Source: Obrimoposthia wandeli
Taxonomy: Eukaryota
Length of the DNA: 64,000 bases
Assembly (NCBI GenBank): GCA_977020255.1
Contig: CDROCS010001089.1
Coordinates: 372,001 to 436,000, forward strand
Direction: 5' to 3'
Positions 28,084 to 38,526 of the stretch are shown piece by piece. How positions within the stretch are numbered: the first letter of the stretch is position 1; the number at the start of each line of letters is the position of its first letter. The position numbers and the translations under genes are program-made. Under the pieces are notes generated by a model. That model had not been told where the DNA came from and searched no databases. It was given only the letters and a program-made list of their open reading frames with translations.

Positions 28084-29667
28084 ATGTCTATTGTCACTGG
28101 CAGTAAGATCAAAAGGGTAGCCACTATGTTTGAGTTTTTACAGTATTTACCGGAAGTTTTCACCCCTATTAATTTTCTAGTACTAGTTCTAGGCACCGTA
28201 GGAGGGCTAATCTTAGGTGCTACTCCAGGGCTCAGCCCTACTATGGCTGTAGCATTATTAATCCCCTTTACCTTTCAAATGGAGCCCGCCACAGGCCTTA
28301 TTTTACTCGGTGCAGCTTACACTGCCACTGTTGCAGGCGGTGCTGTCAGCGCTATTTTGCTCAGTATTCCCGGTGCTCCAGCTAATATAGCAACAACATT
28401 AGATGGTCATCCCTTAGCCAAGCAAGGCAAGGCAACCGCCGCTTTACATTACTGTTTTATCTCTTCTTTCATCGGCGGCGTAATTGGCGTTTTAGTACTG
28501 ATCTTTTTTACCCCAACTTTATCTGAGTGGGCACTAGGTTTTGGCCCTTCGCATTTATTCTGGGTGGCTATTCTCGGGGTTACTGTTATAGGGTCCCTTG
28601 GTTCCGGCTCTGTCATAAAGGGACTGTTTGCAGGCTTTGTAGGCCTTTGGGTATCAACTATCGGCTACGATCCAGTACTAGGTGTAGAGCGCTTTAATTA
28701 CAGCGAGCACTTAGGAGGCGGCATCAACATTATCGCGGCATTGGTTGGATTATTTGCCATACCACAAGTTTTAACCATGCTAGCTCCGCAACAGCAGGCA
28801 GGCCCCGTCACTAAATTCGCAATGGAAAATCAGAGCGTTGCCCAATCAATTAAAGAGACACTGCAACGCTGGAAAGCACTGCTAATAGGCAGCGTAATAG
28901 GCACGGTCGTGGGTTTAATTCCCGGTGCTGGTGGTCAAATTGCAGGGTTAATATCTTACGATCAAACCAAAAAGATGAGCCGCGATAAGTCAAAGTTCGG
29001 TAAAGGTGAGCCCGCTGGTGTTATTGCCGCTGAATCTGCTAACAATGCCATGGTCGGCCCATCACTGGTGCCACTGCTAACGTTGAGTGTTCCAGGCTCG
29101 CCTACAGCGGCAGTATTACTCGGTGGGTTATTGATTCATGGATTGTTTCCAGGGCCTGCTCTATTCACTGATAACGGCCCTATCGTTTGGACATTTATAA
29201 ATTCGCTGTTAGTTGGCCAATTATTGATGTGCATTTTTGGTATCGCCATCAGCCGTTACAGTCGCTTTGTAATGGATATTCCCGAGTTTTATATGGCTGC
29301 CGGTATCACTGTTTTAGCAGTCTTTGGTACTTATAGCGTGCAAAACAGCTTCTCTGATGTCTTTGTCATGATGGGCTTAGGTATCACAATGTATTTTGCA
29401 GCGAAGATAGGCTTTAACCCTTCACCTGTGGTACTAGGTATTATTTTAGGCCCCATTGCAGAAACAAACTTTCTACAAGGCAAAATCATTGCTCAAGTAG
29501 GTGATGGTATGATGCCCTACTTCTTTGGTGGAGCACTCAACATCGTCTTAGTTGCTATCGTTTTACTCTCGGTTATCTACAGTATTTACTCTGAAATTCA
29601 AAGTAAAAAGAAGCATGCTGCAAAACAAGCTGAACTAGAAGAGTACTCATTACAGGAGGAGCGTTAA
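28084..29667 (+). CDS. tctA: Tripartite tricarboxylate transporter large subunit TctA; probable start ATG 28126
   Basis: GATPGL, IPGAPANIATTLDGHP, AAESANNA, LSVPGSP, GIILGPIAE. Confidence 0.9.
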   Translation: MSIVTGSKIKRVATMFEFLQYLPEVFTPINFLVLVLGTVGGLILGATPGLSPTMAVALLIPFTFQMEPATGLILLGAAYTATVAGGAVSAILLSIPGAPANIATTLDGHPLAKQGKATAALHYCFISSFIGGVIGVLVLIFFTPTLSEWALGFGPSHLFWVAILGVTVIGSLGSGSVIKGLFAGFVGLWVSTIGYDPVLGVERFNYSEHLGGGINIIAALVGLFAIPQVLTMLAPQQQAGPVTKFAMENQSVAQSIKETLQRWKALLIGSVIGTVVGLIPGAGGQIAGLISYDQTKKMSRDKSKFGKGEPAGVIAAESANNAMVGPSLVPLLTLSVPGSPTAAVLLGGLLIHGLFPGPALFTDNGPIVWTFINSLLVGQLLMCIFGIAISRYSRFVMDIPEFYMAAGITVLAVFGTYSVQNSFSDVFVMMGLGITMYFAAKIGFNPSPVVLGIILGPIAETNFLQGKIIAQVGDGMMPYFFGGALNIVLVAIVLLSVIYSIYSEIQSKKKHAAKQAELEEYSLQEER

Positions 29668-29669
29668 TC

Positions 29670-30167
29670 ATGTTAGCGAAACGACTGACAGCCCTTGCTG
29701 GGCTATTACTAGCGTTATTCCTACTCAATTTAGGCTTAGAAGTAGAGTACGGCCAAGAAGCGTATTTCTTTCCCAATCTAATAACTTATTTTCTCTGTCT
29801 GTTTGCCTTTATGCTGCTGCTTAGCGAGGGCAGCTTACCTGCACTATTGAAATCAAGCACCAGCTTTTTATGGCGCTGGATGTTCGGCATTGTAGGTGAA
29901 GGTAATCCTGGTCGCTGGCCGGCGGCAGTACAATTGATTCCGATGTTTTTAATACTCTTAGCCTATCTCTACTTTGCAGACATCATTGGTATCTACTTTT
30001 GCTCACTAATGGCTTTCTTCTCAATTATAACAATCTACACACCCGTGCGGCCACGTAGCCGAAGCTTACTGAAAAATGCTTCAATTTCACTCATTTTTAT
30101 CGCCGTCATTTATTTAGTTTTCTCGGTGTTGTTGCAACTGCAAACACCACCAGCGCTATTGATTTAA
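29670..30167 (+). CDS. tctB: TTT small subunit TctB
   Basis: Four-TM protein, YFFP and C-terminal FSVLLQLQTP; lies between tctA and tctC. Confidence 0.75.
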   Translation: MLAKRLTALAGLLLALFLLNLGLEVEYGQEAYFFPNLITYFLCLFAFMLLLSEGSLPALLKSSTSFLWRWMFGIVGEGNPGRWPAAVQLIPMFLILLAYLYFADIIGIYFCSLMAFFSIITIYTPVRPRSRSLLKNASISLIFIAVIYLVFSVLLQLQTPPALLI

Positions 30168-30243
30168 CACTTTTATGTGTGAAGAAAATAGCTAGCAACG
30201 TGCTCTACAACAATAAATAAAGTCTTCGGACTAGGAGTTAAGA

Positions 30244-31248
30244 ATGTTAAAACCTCTTACAACTACCATGCTTAATAAGCCTTCCATTCGCCATACAGTC
30301 ACAGCATTGTCTTTTTGTGCTGCTGTATTATCGCCGCAACTATTGCTAGCTGAGGTATTTCCTGATCGCCCTGTTAGCATGGTTGTTTCATACTCACCCG
30401 GCGGCGCCACTGACTTTCAAGCCCGTATTGTGACGATGCTAGCTGCAAACGAGAACTACTTAGGTCAGCCCATGGTTATCTTAAATAAGCCCGGTGCTGG
30501 TGGTAAAGTGGGCTGGGATTCCTTTGCCAGTAAAGCCAAAAGTACTGGCTATGAGCTTGCCGCTTACAACGTGCCGCATTTTATTGCGCAATCTATCGTA
30601 TTTAAAACCAAATACAATATTGATAACCTAGAGCCAATCGCTAATTGGGGCGCAGACCCTGCTGTATTGGTCGTTGGTAAAGACAGCCCATTCAACACCT
30701 TGAAAGATCTTATGGATTTTGCAGAAGCCAACCCTGCTAAGGTTACTTTCTCAGGCGCAGGCTTGTATGTAGGTCATCATATTGCCTTTTTGCAGTTCGC
30801 AAAAGCGACAGGGCTTAAGTTCACTTATGTACCACATAAAGGTGGAACTCCTGCGATGAAAAGTGTGATGGGCGGGCAGGTAAAGGCTGGCTTCAACAAC
30901 TTATCTGATGCTTATCGTAACCGTGATCGCGTTAAAATATTAGCTGTTGCTGATTTACAACGTAATGAGAAATTCCTACCTAATGTCGCCACATTTAAAG
31001 AGCAAGGCGTTGATATTGATGATTCTAGTGTCAATTTTCGCGGCATTATGGCACCTAAAGGTACCTCACCAGCTACTCTGGCTTATTTAGCAAAGCGTGT
31101 TCCTGCTATGTTTAAAGACGCCAAAACAGTAAAGAAAATGGATGCAACTGGCTCCCCTGTACGCGTTATACCGCGTGATCAAGTAATCAGCATGTGGAAA
31201 GAGCGCGAAGCTTACTTGAAAGTGCTTTTATCAGATCTTAAAAAATAA
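30244..31248 (+). CDS. tctC: TTT periplasmic binding protein TctC/Bug
   Basis: FPDRPVSMVVSYSPGGATD, NKPGAGG, VPHKGGTPA. Confidence 0.9.
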   Translation: MLKPLTTTMLNKPSIRHTVTALSFCAAVLSPQLLLAEVFPDRPVSMVVSYSPGGATDFQARIVTMLAANENYLGQPMVILNKPGAGGKVGWDSFASKAKSTGYELAAYNVPHFIAQSIVFKTKYNIDNLEPIANWGADPAVLVVGKDSPFNTLKDLMDFAEANPAKVTFSGAGLYVGHHIAFLQFAKATGLKFTYVPHKGGTPAMKSVMGGQVKAGFNNLSDAYRNRDRVKILAVADLQRNEKFLPNVATFKEQGVDIDDSSVNFRGIMAPKGTSPATLAYLAKRVPAMFKDAKTVKKMDATGSPVRVIPRDQVISMWKEREAYLKVLLSDLKK

Positions 31249-31360
31249 TAAAAATACCCACTAGTGCCATCCGAATACAAGTCAATGTAGACAATAGTTT
31301 ATAGATGGCACGAACATTTAAACCAGTTGCAACAATTGGCTTTATTTAAGGAAAGTTCTG

Positions 31361-31392
31361 TTCATTTAACTCATATATCTGAGTTAAATGAA
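31361..31392. promoter_or_regulatory. Second operator copy upstream of sauS
   Basis: Near-perfect 32-bp palindrome TTCATTTAACTCATATATCTGAGTTAAATGAA; core TAACTCATATATCTGAGTTA differs at one position from 27558-27577. Confidence 0.75.
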
Positions 31393-31412
31393 TAATTATT
31401 GGAGATTTTAAT

Positions 31413-32816
31413 ATGTCATTGCAAGCGAGCCAAGTCGTTGCTCAACTCGTAGAAAGGGCACGTGCGGCACAGGCAGAGTATGAACAGTACGATCAGCAGC
31501 AAGTTGATAAAGTAGTCACAGCGGTTGCATGGGCACTCATTAATCCAGAGCATAACGAACACTTAGCTAAGCTAGCAGTGGCTGAAACAGGGCTAGGTAA
31601 TGTCGCTGATAAAATCACAAAAAACCATCGTAAAACACTAGGCTTACTGCGTGATTTACAAGGCGCTAAAACAGTAGGCATCATCAGTGAAGACTTAGAG
31701 CTAGGTATCGTCGATATCGCAAGACCCGTTGGGGTAGTTGGCGTAATAGTCCCCTCCACTAATCCAATAGCCACACCGATGAACAACACGTTAAATGCGC
31801 TGAAATGTCGTAATGCAATCATTTTAGCTCCTTCTCCTAAAGGACAACCTTCTTGTACTCGATTAGTGAAGCTTATACACGCCGAACTTGATAGAGTTGG
31901 CGCCCCTAGAGAGTTAGTGCAACATTTGCCTTCTCCAGTCAGTAAAGCATTAAGTTTTGAAATGTTAGCGCAAGTCGATCATGTTATCGCGACCGGCTCA
32001 CAAAATAATGTACGCGCAGCCTACACCAGTGGTACACCTGCTTTTGGTGTTGGCGCGGGTAATGTTTCAGTTATTGTTGATGAAACGGCCGATTTGGCAG
32101 ATGCTGCGAAAAAAATAAAAGCCTCTAAAACGTTTGATAATGCCACTAGCTGCTCATCAGAAAACAGTTTAATTATCGTTGATGCTATTTACGATGAAAT
32201 GCTACAACAGCTTGCTGGCGTTGGTGCAAAACTACTTAATTCTGTCGAAAAGAACCTGTTACTAAACTGCATGTGGAAGGATGGCCATTTAAACCCGCAA
32301 GTATTAGCTAAACCAACTAACCAGCTATGTAATGTCGTTGGGCTTACTCGCGATTCACTTAAAAATGCTGCTTTTTTAATGGTTGAAGAAGACCAAGCAG
32401 GTAGCCAAGCTCCTTTTAGCGGCGAAAAAATGTCATTAGTACTAACCGTATACCGTGCCAGAGACTTTTCTCACGCCACTAAAATTGCCAAGCAAGTATT
32501 GAATTATATGGGCAAGGGGCATTCCCTGGGGATTCACACTGCTAATGCAGGGCGTGCACTCGAATTAGGTTTGAATATGCCAGTTTGTCGGGTAATTGTT
32601 AATCAGGCGCATTGCTTTGCAACCGGTGGCAGCTTTGATAATGCATTGCCGTTCTCACTCTCAATGGGTTGCGGTTCTTGGGGAGGTAACATTACCGACC
32701 AAAACCTACATTACCGACAATACATGAATGTGACTAAAGTGGTGCGCAGTATTGCCCCACGTGAAATAAGTGTTGAAACACTGTTCGATGATTATAAAAA
32801 GGAGTTCAACTTATGA
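31413..32816 (+). CDS. sauS: Sulfoacetaldehyde dehydrogenase (acylating), SauS-like
   Basis: KITKNHRKTLGLLRDL, PSTNP, GVGAGN, SKTFDNATSCSSENS, NQAHCFATGGSFDNALPFSLSMGCGSWG match SauS-type acylating ALDHs. Confidence 0.82.
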   Translation: MSLQASQVVAQLVERARAAQAEYEQYDQQQVDKVVTAVAWALINPEHNEHLAKLAVAETGLGNVADKITKNHRKTLGLLRDLQGAKTVGIISEDLELGIVDIARPVGVVGVIVPSTNPIATPMNNTLNALKCRNAIILAPSPKGQPSCTRLVKLIHAELDRVGAPRELVQHLPSPVSKALSFEMLAQVDHVIATGSQNNVRAAYTSGTPAFGVGAGNVSVIVDETADLADAAKKIKASKTFDNATSCSSENSLIIVDAIYDEMLQQLAGVGAKLLNSVEKNLLLNCMWKDGHLNPQVLAKPTNQLCNVVGLTRDSLKNAAFLMVEEDQAGSQAPFSGEKMSLVLTVYRARDFSHATKIAKQVLNYMGKGHSLGIHTANAGRALELGLNMPVCRVIVNQAHCFATGGSFDNALPFSLSMGCGSWGGNITDQNLHYRQYMNVTKVVRSIAPREISVETLFDDYKKEFNL

Positions 32817-34393
32817 ACCCTTTATATCAACCGCCGGCACAAAACATACGTGATGTAATTGATCACTATGCCGGCACTGCCGGTGAGGCGCATTTTGTCA
32901 GTTTTCCAGAAAGTAAGCAGACGTTAAATTACAGTCAATTGCAACAGCAATTGCAGCACTATAACGCACATTTTTCAGCTCTAGGTATCGCCCCTGGCGA
33001 CACCTTATCCTTTATGCTTGGTAATGGCCCTGCTGCACTGCAGTTGTTCCTTGCAGGGCTTTACTATGGCTGTGTGTGCTCACCGCTAAACCCAGCTGCT
33101 GGGCAAGAGCAAATAAACTATGTATTAGATCACTCGGATAGCCAATGGGTATTTTGCAGCGAGCAGTACTTGTCACAAGTAAAAATAGCTCATAAAAATC
33201 TTGATCGTACAATGACCGTCATCATCACTGACTGTGATAAAGGCCCTATTTGGCCAGATGTTGATGCAAACCGAGACGCTAGCAAAACACTGCAATTAGC
33301 ACCGCTTAGTGCTGATGATGCCGGGCTGTTAATGTATACCTCTGGCACCACAGGGCGACCTAAAGGCGTCATTCTAAGCCAAGCTAATTTATTAGCAGGT
33401 GGCATGAACACAGCAGTAGCCCACCAATTAACGACTGCTGATCGGGCACTGTGTGTATTACCTTTGTGTCATATCAATGCTCAATGTGTGACAGTAATGG
33501 CGCCACTTGTGAGTGGTGGCAGTTTAGTAATGCCGCGTAACTTTAGCCGCTCATCATTTTGGCAAACGGTTGGTGAGTTTGAGGTTACTTGGTTCAGTGT
33601 GGTACCCACAATTATCTCTTACCTAATGCATAGCGAAGAGCGTTTCGATCAAAGTGACCTAAAACAGACATTAAAGAAGGTTAAGTTTGGCCGCTCGGCT
33701 TCTGCGGCACTACCTCCTTCTTTACACGCCGGTTTTGAAAAAAGGTTTGGTATTCCTATTGTCGAAACCATGGGCCTAACAGAAACTTCAGCACAGATAC
33801 TTGCCAACCCTATGCCCCCCAAAGTAGGTAAATACGGTTCACCGGGGATTGCGTTTGGCACTGAACTTAAAGTAGTTGATAAGTATGGAAATCAATTAGC
33901 TAATAATTGCGAGGGAGAGCTATTAGTACGTGGCCCTTGTGTGATGTCTCATTATTATAAAAACCCAGAGGCAACAGCACAGGCTAAAGATGCTCAAGGC
34001 TGGTTATACACTGGAGATTTAGCCAAAATAGACAGCCAAGGATTCGTTTTTATAACCGGTCGGCTTAAAGAATTGATTATCAAAGGTGGGGAAAACATCG
34101 CTCCACGTGAGATAGACGATGTACTCTATTCTCACCCTAATGTAATAGAAGCGGGAGCACTAGGCATTGATGATCAGCACTACGGCCAAGAGATTATAGC
34201 TTGTGTGGTAGTAAATGATAAATTTGCAGTATCGGAAAGTATCTTGCTAAACTTTTGCCACTCAAGATTGGGGAAAATTAAAACACCCAAGAATATTTTT
34301 TTCCTCGATGATTTGCCAAAAGGCCCCTCTGGAAAAATCCAACGCTTGAAGCTATTACAGCGGCTACAGCAAACAGGCAGAATTCCACTGTAA
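32813..34393 (+). CDS. sauT: Sulfoacetate-CoA ligase, SauT-like (ANL superfamily)
   Basis: YTSGTTGRPKG, ETMGLTET, TGDL, KELIIKGGENIAPREID, LPKGPSGKIQRLKL; ATGA overlap with sauS. Confidence 0.75.
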   Translation: MNPLYQPPAQNIRDVIDHYAGTAGEAHFVSFPESKQTLNYSQLQQQLQHYNAHFSALGIAPGDTLSFMLGNGPAALQLFLAGLYYGCVCSPLNPAAGQEQINYVLDHSDSQWVFCSEQYLSQVKIAHKNLDRTMTVIITDCDKGPIWPDVDANRDASKTLQLAPLSADDAGLLMYTSGTTGRPKGVILSQANLLAGGMNTAVAHQLTTADRALCVLPLCHINAQCVTVMAPLVSGGSLVMPRNFSRSSFWQTVGEFEVTWFSVVPTIISYLMHSEERFDQSDLKQTLKKVKFGRSASAALPPSLHAGFEKRFGIPIVETMGLTETSAQILANPMPPKVGKYGSPGIAFGTELKVVDKYGNQLANNCEGELLVRGPCVMSHYYKNPEATAQAKDAQGWLYTGDLAKIDSQGFVFITGRLKELIIKGGENIAPREIDDVLYSHPNVIEAGALGIDDQHYGQEIIACVVVNDKFAVSESILLNFCHSRLGKIKTPKNIFFLDDLPKGPSGKIQRLKLLQRLQQTGRIPL

Positions 34394-34440
34394 ACAATTT
34401 AGCCAATCATCCTAAGTAATGATTAAGAAACCTTAAAACA

Positions 34441-34470
34441 ATAAACCCCAGCTCACGAGCTAGGGTTTAT
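34441..34470. terminator. Hairpin between convergent sauT and ilvD
   Basis: ATAAACCC.AGCTC/GAGCT.GGGTTTAT. Confidence 0.65.
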
Positions 34471-34530
34471 TGGCAGTCTCTAAGTAAATATATTTAGAGC
34501 TTAATACAAATTTTAAATCTTCAATCCAAA

Positions 34531-36375
34531 CTAATCTAACATTGATAAATCGCGAACTGCGCCTTTATCTGCTGAAGTCGCAAGTAATGCATAGGCTTTA
34601 AGAGAAGCAGATACTTTACGTGGACGTGCTTTAATCGGCTTCCAAGCTAATTTACCTTTAGCATCCATTGCCGCACGACGCGTCGCTAACTCTTCATCAG
34701 AAATAAGTACATTAATCCCGCGATTAGGAATATCAATTAATATCTTATCACCATTTTCGATAAGCCCAATAGCACCACCAGCAGCTGCTTCAGGAGAAAC
34801 ATGACCTATAGAAAGCCCAGATGTGCCACCGGAGAATCTACCATCTGTTAATAGCGCACAAGCCTTACCCAAGCCTTTAGATTTGATATATGAAGTAGGG
34901 TAAAGCATTTCTTGCATACCCGGACCACCTTTGGGGCCTTCGTAGCGAACAATAACAATATCCCCTGCTTTCACTTTATCAGCCAAGATATCAGCTACCG
35001 CTTCATCTTGTGATTCAGTCACATGTGCCCTACCTTCAAATACTAAAATAGATTCATCGACACCGGCTGTTTTCACAACACAACCATCTAGCGCAATATT
35101 GCCATATAAAACAGCAAGTCCGCCTTCTAGTGAGTAAGCGTTTTCAAGAGATCGGATACAACCTGACTCTCTATCGCCATCAACACTAGCCCAACGCGTC
35201 GCTTGGCTAAAAGCAGTTTGTGTAGGGATGCCAGCAGGACCTGCACGGTAAAACTCTAAAACTTCTGAAGAGGGGCTGCGCATAATATCCCACTTATCTA
35301 GTGCTTCTTTCAAAGTCTTACTATGCACAGTTGGGATATCTGTGTGGATTTTTCCTGCACGGTCCAGCTCGCCTAGTATGCCAAATATCCCGCCTGCACG
35401 GTGAACATCTTCCATATGATAAAGTGGCGAGTTAGGCGCGACTTTACACAGTTGTGGTACATCGTGAGACATCGCTTCCATATGCTTTAAAGTGAAATCA
35501 ATCTCAGCTTCAAGTGCGATCGCTAGCAAATGCAAAATGGTGTTGGTTGAGCCACCCATGCAGATATCGAGTGTCATGGCATTTTCAAACGCTTTGATAC
35601 AAGCAATGCTGCGCGGAAGAACCGCATAGTTATCATCTTCATAGTGGCTCTTTGTGATACCGACAATAGAGCGACCTGCTTCTAAAAATAAGTTACGACG
35701 ATCAGCGTGTGTTGCTAGCAAGCTGCCGTTTCCAGGAAGCGCTAAACCAAGTGCTTCTGCTAGGCAGTTCATCGAGTTTGCCGTAAACATGCCTGAGCAA
35801 GAACCACAGGTTGGGCAGGCAGAGCGCTCATATTCAGCAACCTTTTCATCTGATGCTGTATCGTCAACGGCGATAACCATGGCATCAACTAAATCTAGCT
35901 TATGCTCTGAAAGCTTAGTTTTACCTGCTTCCATTGGTCCGCCTGATACAAAAATAACAGGGATGTTTAAACGCATTGCCGCCATTAACATGCCCGGTGT
36001 GATCTTATCGCAGTTAGAGATACACACTAAAGCATCTGCGCAATGCGCATTAACCATGTATTCGACAGAGTCAGCGATTAAGTCGCGTGATGGCAGTGAG
36101 TAAAGCATCCCATCGTGGCCCATCGCGATGCCGTCATCTACAGCAATAGTGTTAAATTCTTTGGCAACACCACCGGCTTTTTCTACTTCACGGGCCACCA
36201 GCTGCCCCATATCTTTTAAATGTACGTGCCCTGGCACAAACTGGGTAAACGAGTTGGCGATCGCTATGATAGGTTTATTGAAATCATCATCTTTCATGCC
36301 CGTTGCGCGCCAAAGAGCTCTCGCCCCAGCCATATTACGACCACCAGTGGACGTTTTAGATCTATATACAGGCAT
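34531..36375 (-). CDS. ilvD: Dihydroxy-acid dehydratase
   Basis: [57 protein letters not shown]. Confidence 0.97.
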   Translation of the reverse strand: MPVYRSKTSTGGRNMAGARALWRATGMKDDDFNKPIIAIANSFTQFVPGHVHLKDMGQLVAREVEKAGGVAKEFNTIAVDDGIAMGHDGMLYSLPSRDLIADSVEYMVNAHCADALVCISNCDKITPGMLMAAMRLNIPVIFVSGGPMEAGKTKLSEHKLDLVDAMVIAVDDTASDEKVAEYERSACPTCGSCSGMFTANSMNCLAEALGLALPGNGSLLATHADRRNLFLEAGRSIVGITKSHYEDDNYAVLPRSIACIKAFENAMTLDICMGGSTNTILHLLAIALEAEIDFTLKHMEAMSHDVPQLCKVAPNSPLYHMEDVHRAGGIFGILGELDRAGKIHTDIPTVHSKTLKEALDKWDIMRSPSSEVLEFYRAGPAGIPTQTAFSQATRWASVDGDRESGCIRSLENAYSLEGGLAVLYGNIALDGCVVKTAGVDESILVFEGRAHVTESQDEAVADILADKVKAGDIVIVRYEGPKGGPGMQEMLYPTSYIKSKGLGKACALLTDGRFSGGTSGLSIGHVSPEAAAGGAIGLIENGDKILIDIPNRGINVLISDEELATRRAAMDAKGKLAWKPIKARPRKVSASLKAYALLATSADKGAVRDLSMLD

Positions 36376-36648
36376 GATGCTTCCTTTTGTCAGTTGTTTA
36401 AAAAACTAAGTATACCAGACAACATTGCGGATAATATTCGAAAAAACAACATTAAATATCCCGTTAAACTGAACACGGAAATATAAATTAGCGCTACAAT
36501 TCAAAATAGCGGCGCTAATTCTTCACTTATGGCGCTTAGCACCGCTTGTCAAGTCGTATTTATTGTCTAACATACCCTATAAGACCTATTGCCATAACAG
36601 ACACTCTAGTTTATAACTTGAGCTTAAATTGATGAGGAAGCCTGTAAT

Positions 36649-38277
36649 ATGAGTGACACTTTGACAGCTGATTACCAAGCAGATTATATAATTATTGGCG
36701 CTGGAACTGCCGGTTGTGTCCTAGCCAATAGATTATCTGCAAACCCAGCCAATAAAGTGTTGCTCATAGAAGCTGGCGGCAAAGATAACTATCCGTGGAT
36801 AAAAATACCAATTGGTTACTTATTTACGATGAACAATCCGAAAACAGATTGGTGCTTTAAAACCCAAGCGGATGAAGGGCTTAATGGCCGTGTACTCAAT
36901 TACCCTCGAGGTAAAACACTCGGTGGTTGTTCATCAATTAACGGCATGATTTACATGCGCGGCCAAGCTCAAGATTACGATCACTGGCAAGCTTTAGGCA
37001 ATGAAGGTTGGAGCTGGGATAATATTCTCCCCTACTTCAAAAAATCAGAAGATCATTGGGCCGGCGAAAGTAACTATCATGGTGCTGGTGGTGAGTGGCG
37101 AGTTGAAAAACAGCGTCTTTCATGGCCAATACTCGATAATGTGATGCAGGCCGCTGGTGAAATAGGTATCGCCAAATCGATAGATTATAACAATGGTGAC
37201 AATTTAGGCTTTTGCTACTTTGAAGTTAATCAAAAAAAGGGCCGCCGCTGGTCAAGTGCAGATGCGTTTTTGCACCCTATTACCCATAGAGAAAATTTAA
37301 CGGTATTAACCCATACACAAGCGGTGCGCTTACAGCTTGACGGTAAAGCGGTAGTGGGTGCTCACTTAATAAAAGGTAAAGATATTACTAAAGGCCAAGC
37401 CATTTACGCAAAGGCCGCCAGAGAGGTAATTCTAACCGCTGGTGCTATCGCTTCCCCTTTATTACTACAACGCTCAGGCATTGCCGCTAAAGCATTATTA
37501 GATTCACTCGATATAGAACAGCAGCATGAACTACCGGGGGTCGGCGAAAATTTACAAGATCACTTACAAGTGCGTATGGTTTTCAAACTAGATAATGCCA
37601 ATACTTTAAACGAGTTATCACATAGTTTATTAGGTAAAGCCAAAATGGGCTTACAGTATGCGATGTCTCGAAGTGGCCCCCTGTCTATGGCTCCAAGTCA
37701 AATGGGTGGATTTGCAAAAAGCTCAGATAAATTTGCCAGCTCAAATATCGAATATCACATTCAACCTTTAAGTTGTGATAAATTAGGCGACCCATTAGAT
37801 AAATTCCCTGCTGTCACCGCTTCTGTTTGCAACTTACGGCCAAAAAGTATTGGCCATGTCCATTTAAGTGCTAAGGGAATAACAGCGCCGCCTATCATCA
37901 AAGCAAATTACCTTTCCCATCCTGAAGATAAACAAGTGGCTATCGATTCTTTAAAAATAACCCGTAAAATATTTCAAGCACAATGCTTAAAAAGCTTTAA
38001 CCCACAGGAGTATAAGCCTGGTGCAAAAATCATATCTGACGAGCAGTTATTGCAAGCAGCAGGCGATTTAGGAACCACTATTTTCCATCCCGTAGGAACC
38101 TGTAAAATGGGAAATGACGAAATGGCAGTGGTTGATAGCCAACTTAAAATTAGAGGACTAATCGGTGCACGAGTGGTTGATGCTTCAATTATGCCCACCA
38201 TAACCTCTGGGAATACTTGCTCACCCGTTATAATGATTGCAGAAAAGGCAGCTGATATGATTTTAAACAACACTTAA
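36649..38277 (+). CDS. GMC-family FAD oxidoreductase (choline dehydrogenase-like, substrate unknown)
   Basis: IIGAGTAGCVLANRLS, RGKTLGGCSSINGMIY, TIFHPVGTC, GNTCSPVIMIAEKAA. Confidence 0.88.
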   Translation: MSDTLTADYQADYIIIGAGTAGCVLANRLSANPANKVLLIEAGGKDNYPWIKIPIGYLFTMNNPKTDWCFKTQADEGLNGRVLNYPRGKTLGGCSSINGMIYMRGQAQDYDHWQALGNEGWSWDNILPYFKKSEDHWAGESNYHGAGGEWRVEKQRLSWPILDNVMQAAGEIGIAKSIDYNNGDNLGFCYFEVNQKKGRRWSSADAFLHPITHRENLTVLTHTQAVRLQLDGKAVVGAHLIKGKDITKGQAIYAKAAREVILTAGAIASPLLLQRSGIAAKALLDSLDIEQQHELPGVGENLQDHLQVRMVFKLDNANTLNELSHSLLGKAKMGLQYAMSRSGPLSMAPSQMGGFAKSSDKFASSNIEYHIQPLSCDKLGDPLDKFPAVTASVCNLRPKSIGHVHLSAKGITAPPIIKANYLSHPEDKQVAIDSLKITRKIFQAQCLKSFNPQEYKPGAKIISDEQLLQAAGDLGTTIFHPVGTCKMGNDEMAVVDSQLKIRGLIGARVVDASIMPTITSGNTCSPVIMIAEKAADMILNNT

Positions 38278-38352
38278 AGCCCATGATCACAGAGAAAAAT
38301 TAATCATAGCTTGCGAGCAAAAAAGCTGCGTATTTGAAAGCTAATTAATTAC

Positions 38353-38396
38353 GTTAATGATAATCATTTGCATAAAATAGTTTAATCAATTATGCT
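38353..38396 (+). promoter_or_regulatory. Fur box overlapping a sigma70 promoter
   Basis: GTTAATGATAATCATTTGC (38353-38371), 16/19 to GATAATGATAATCATTATC; TTGCAT-17 nt-TATGCT (38368-38396). Confidence 0.7.
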
Positions 38397-38427
38397 TAAA
38401 TTGCTTTTACCAAATAGGTTATAAATA

Positions 38428-38526
38428 ATGCAGCTTAACAAAAAATACAATGCGACAACCTATCCAATTGCAGTAACTGCCGCTGCTCTTTTACTTGTTA
38501 TTATGTTCTCACCCATCTTTTTATAA
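38428..38526 (+). CDS. Putative 32-aa single-TM small protein (or 5' part of a 76-codon ORF interrupted by TAA)
   Basis: MQLNKKYNATTYPIAVTAAALLLVIMFSPIFL*; frame stays open after the TAA until TGA at 38656-38658; follows the Fur-boxed promoter. Confidence 0.3.
   Translation: MQLNKKYNATTYPIAVTAAALLLVIMFSPIFL

Noticed and set aside
31413-32816. Calling it AdhE, EutE or PduP
   Set aside because: No alcohol-dehydrogenase domain or microcompartment genes; C-terminal QAHCFATGG motif and coupling to an acyl-CoA ligase fit SauS
36649-38277. Naming the GMC enzyme betA
   Set aside because: Generic GMC motifs only; no betB, betI or betT context
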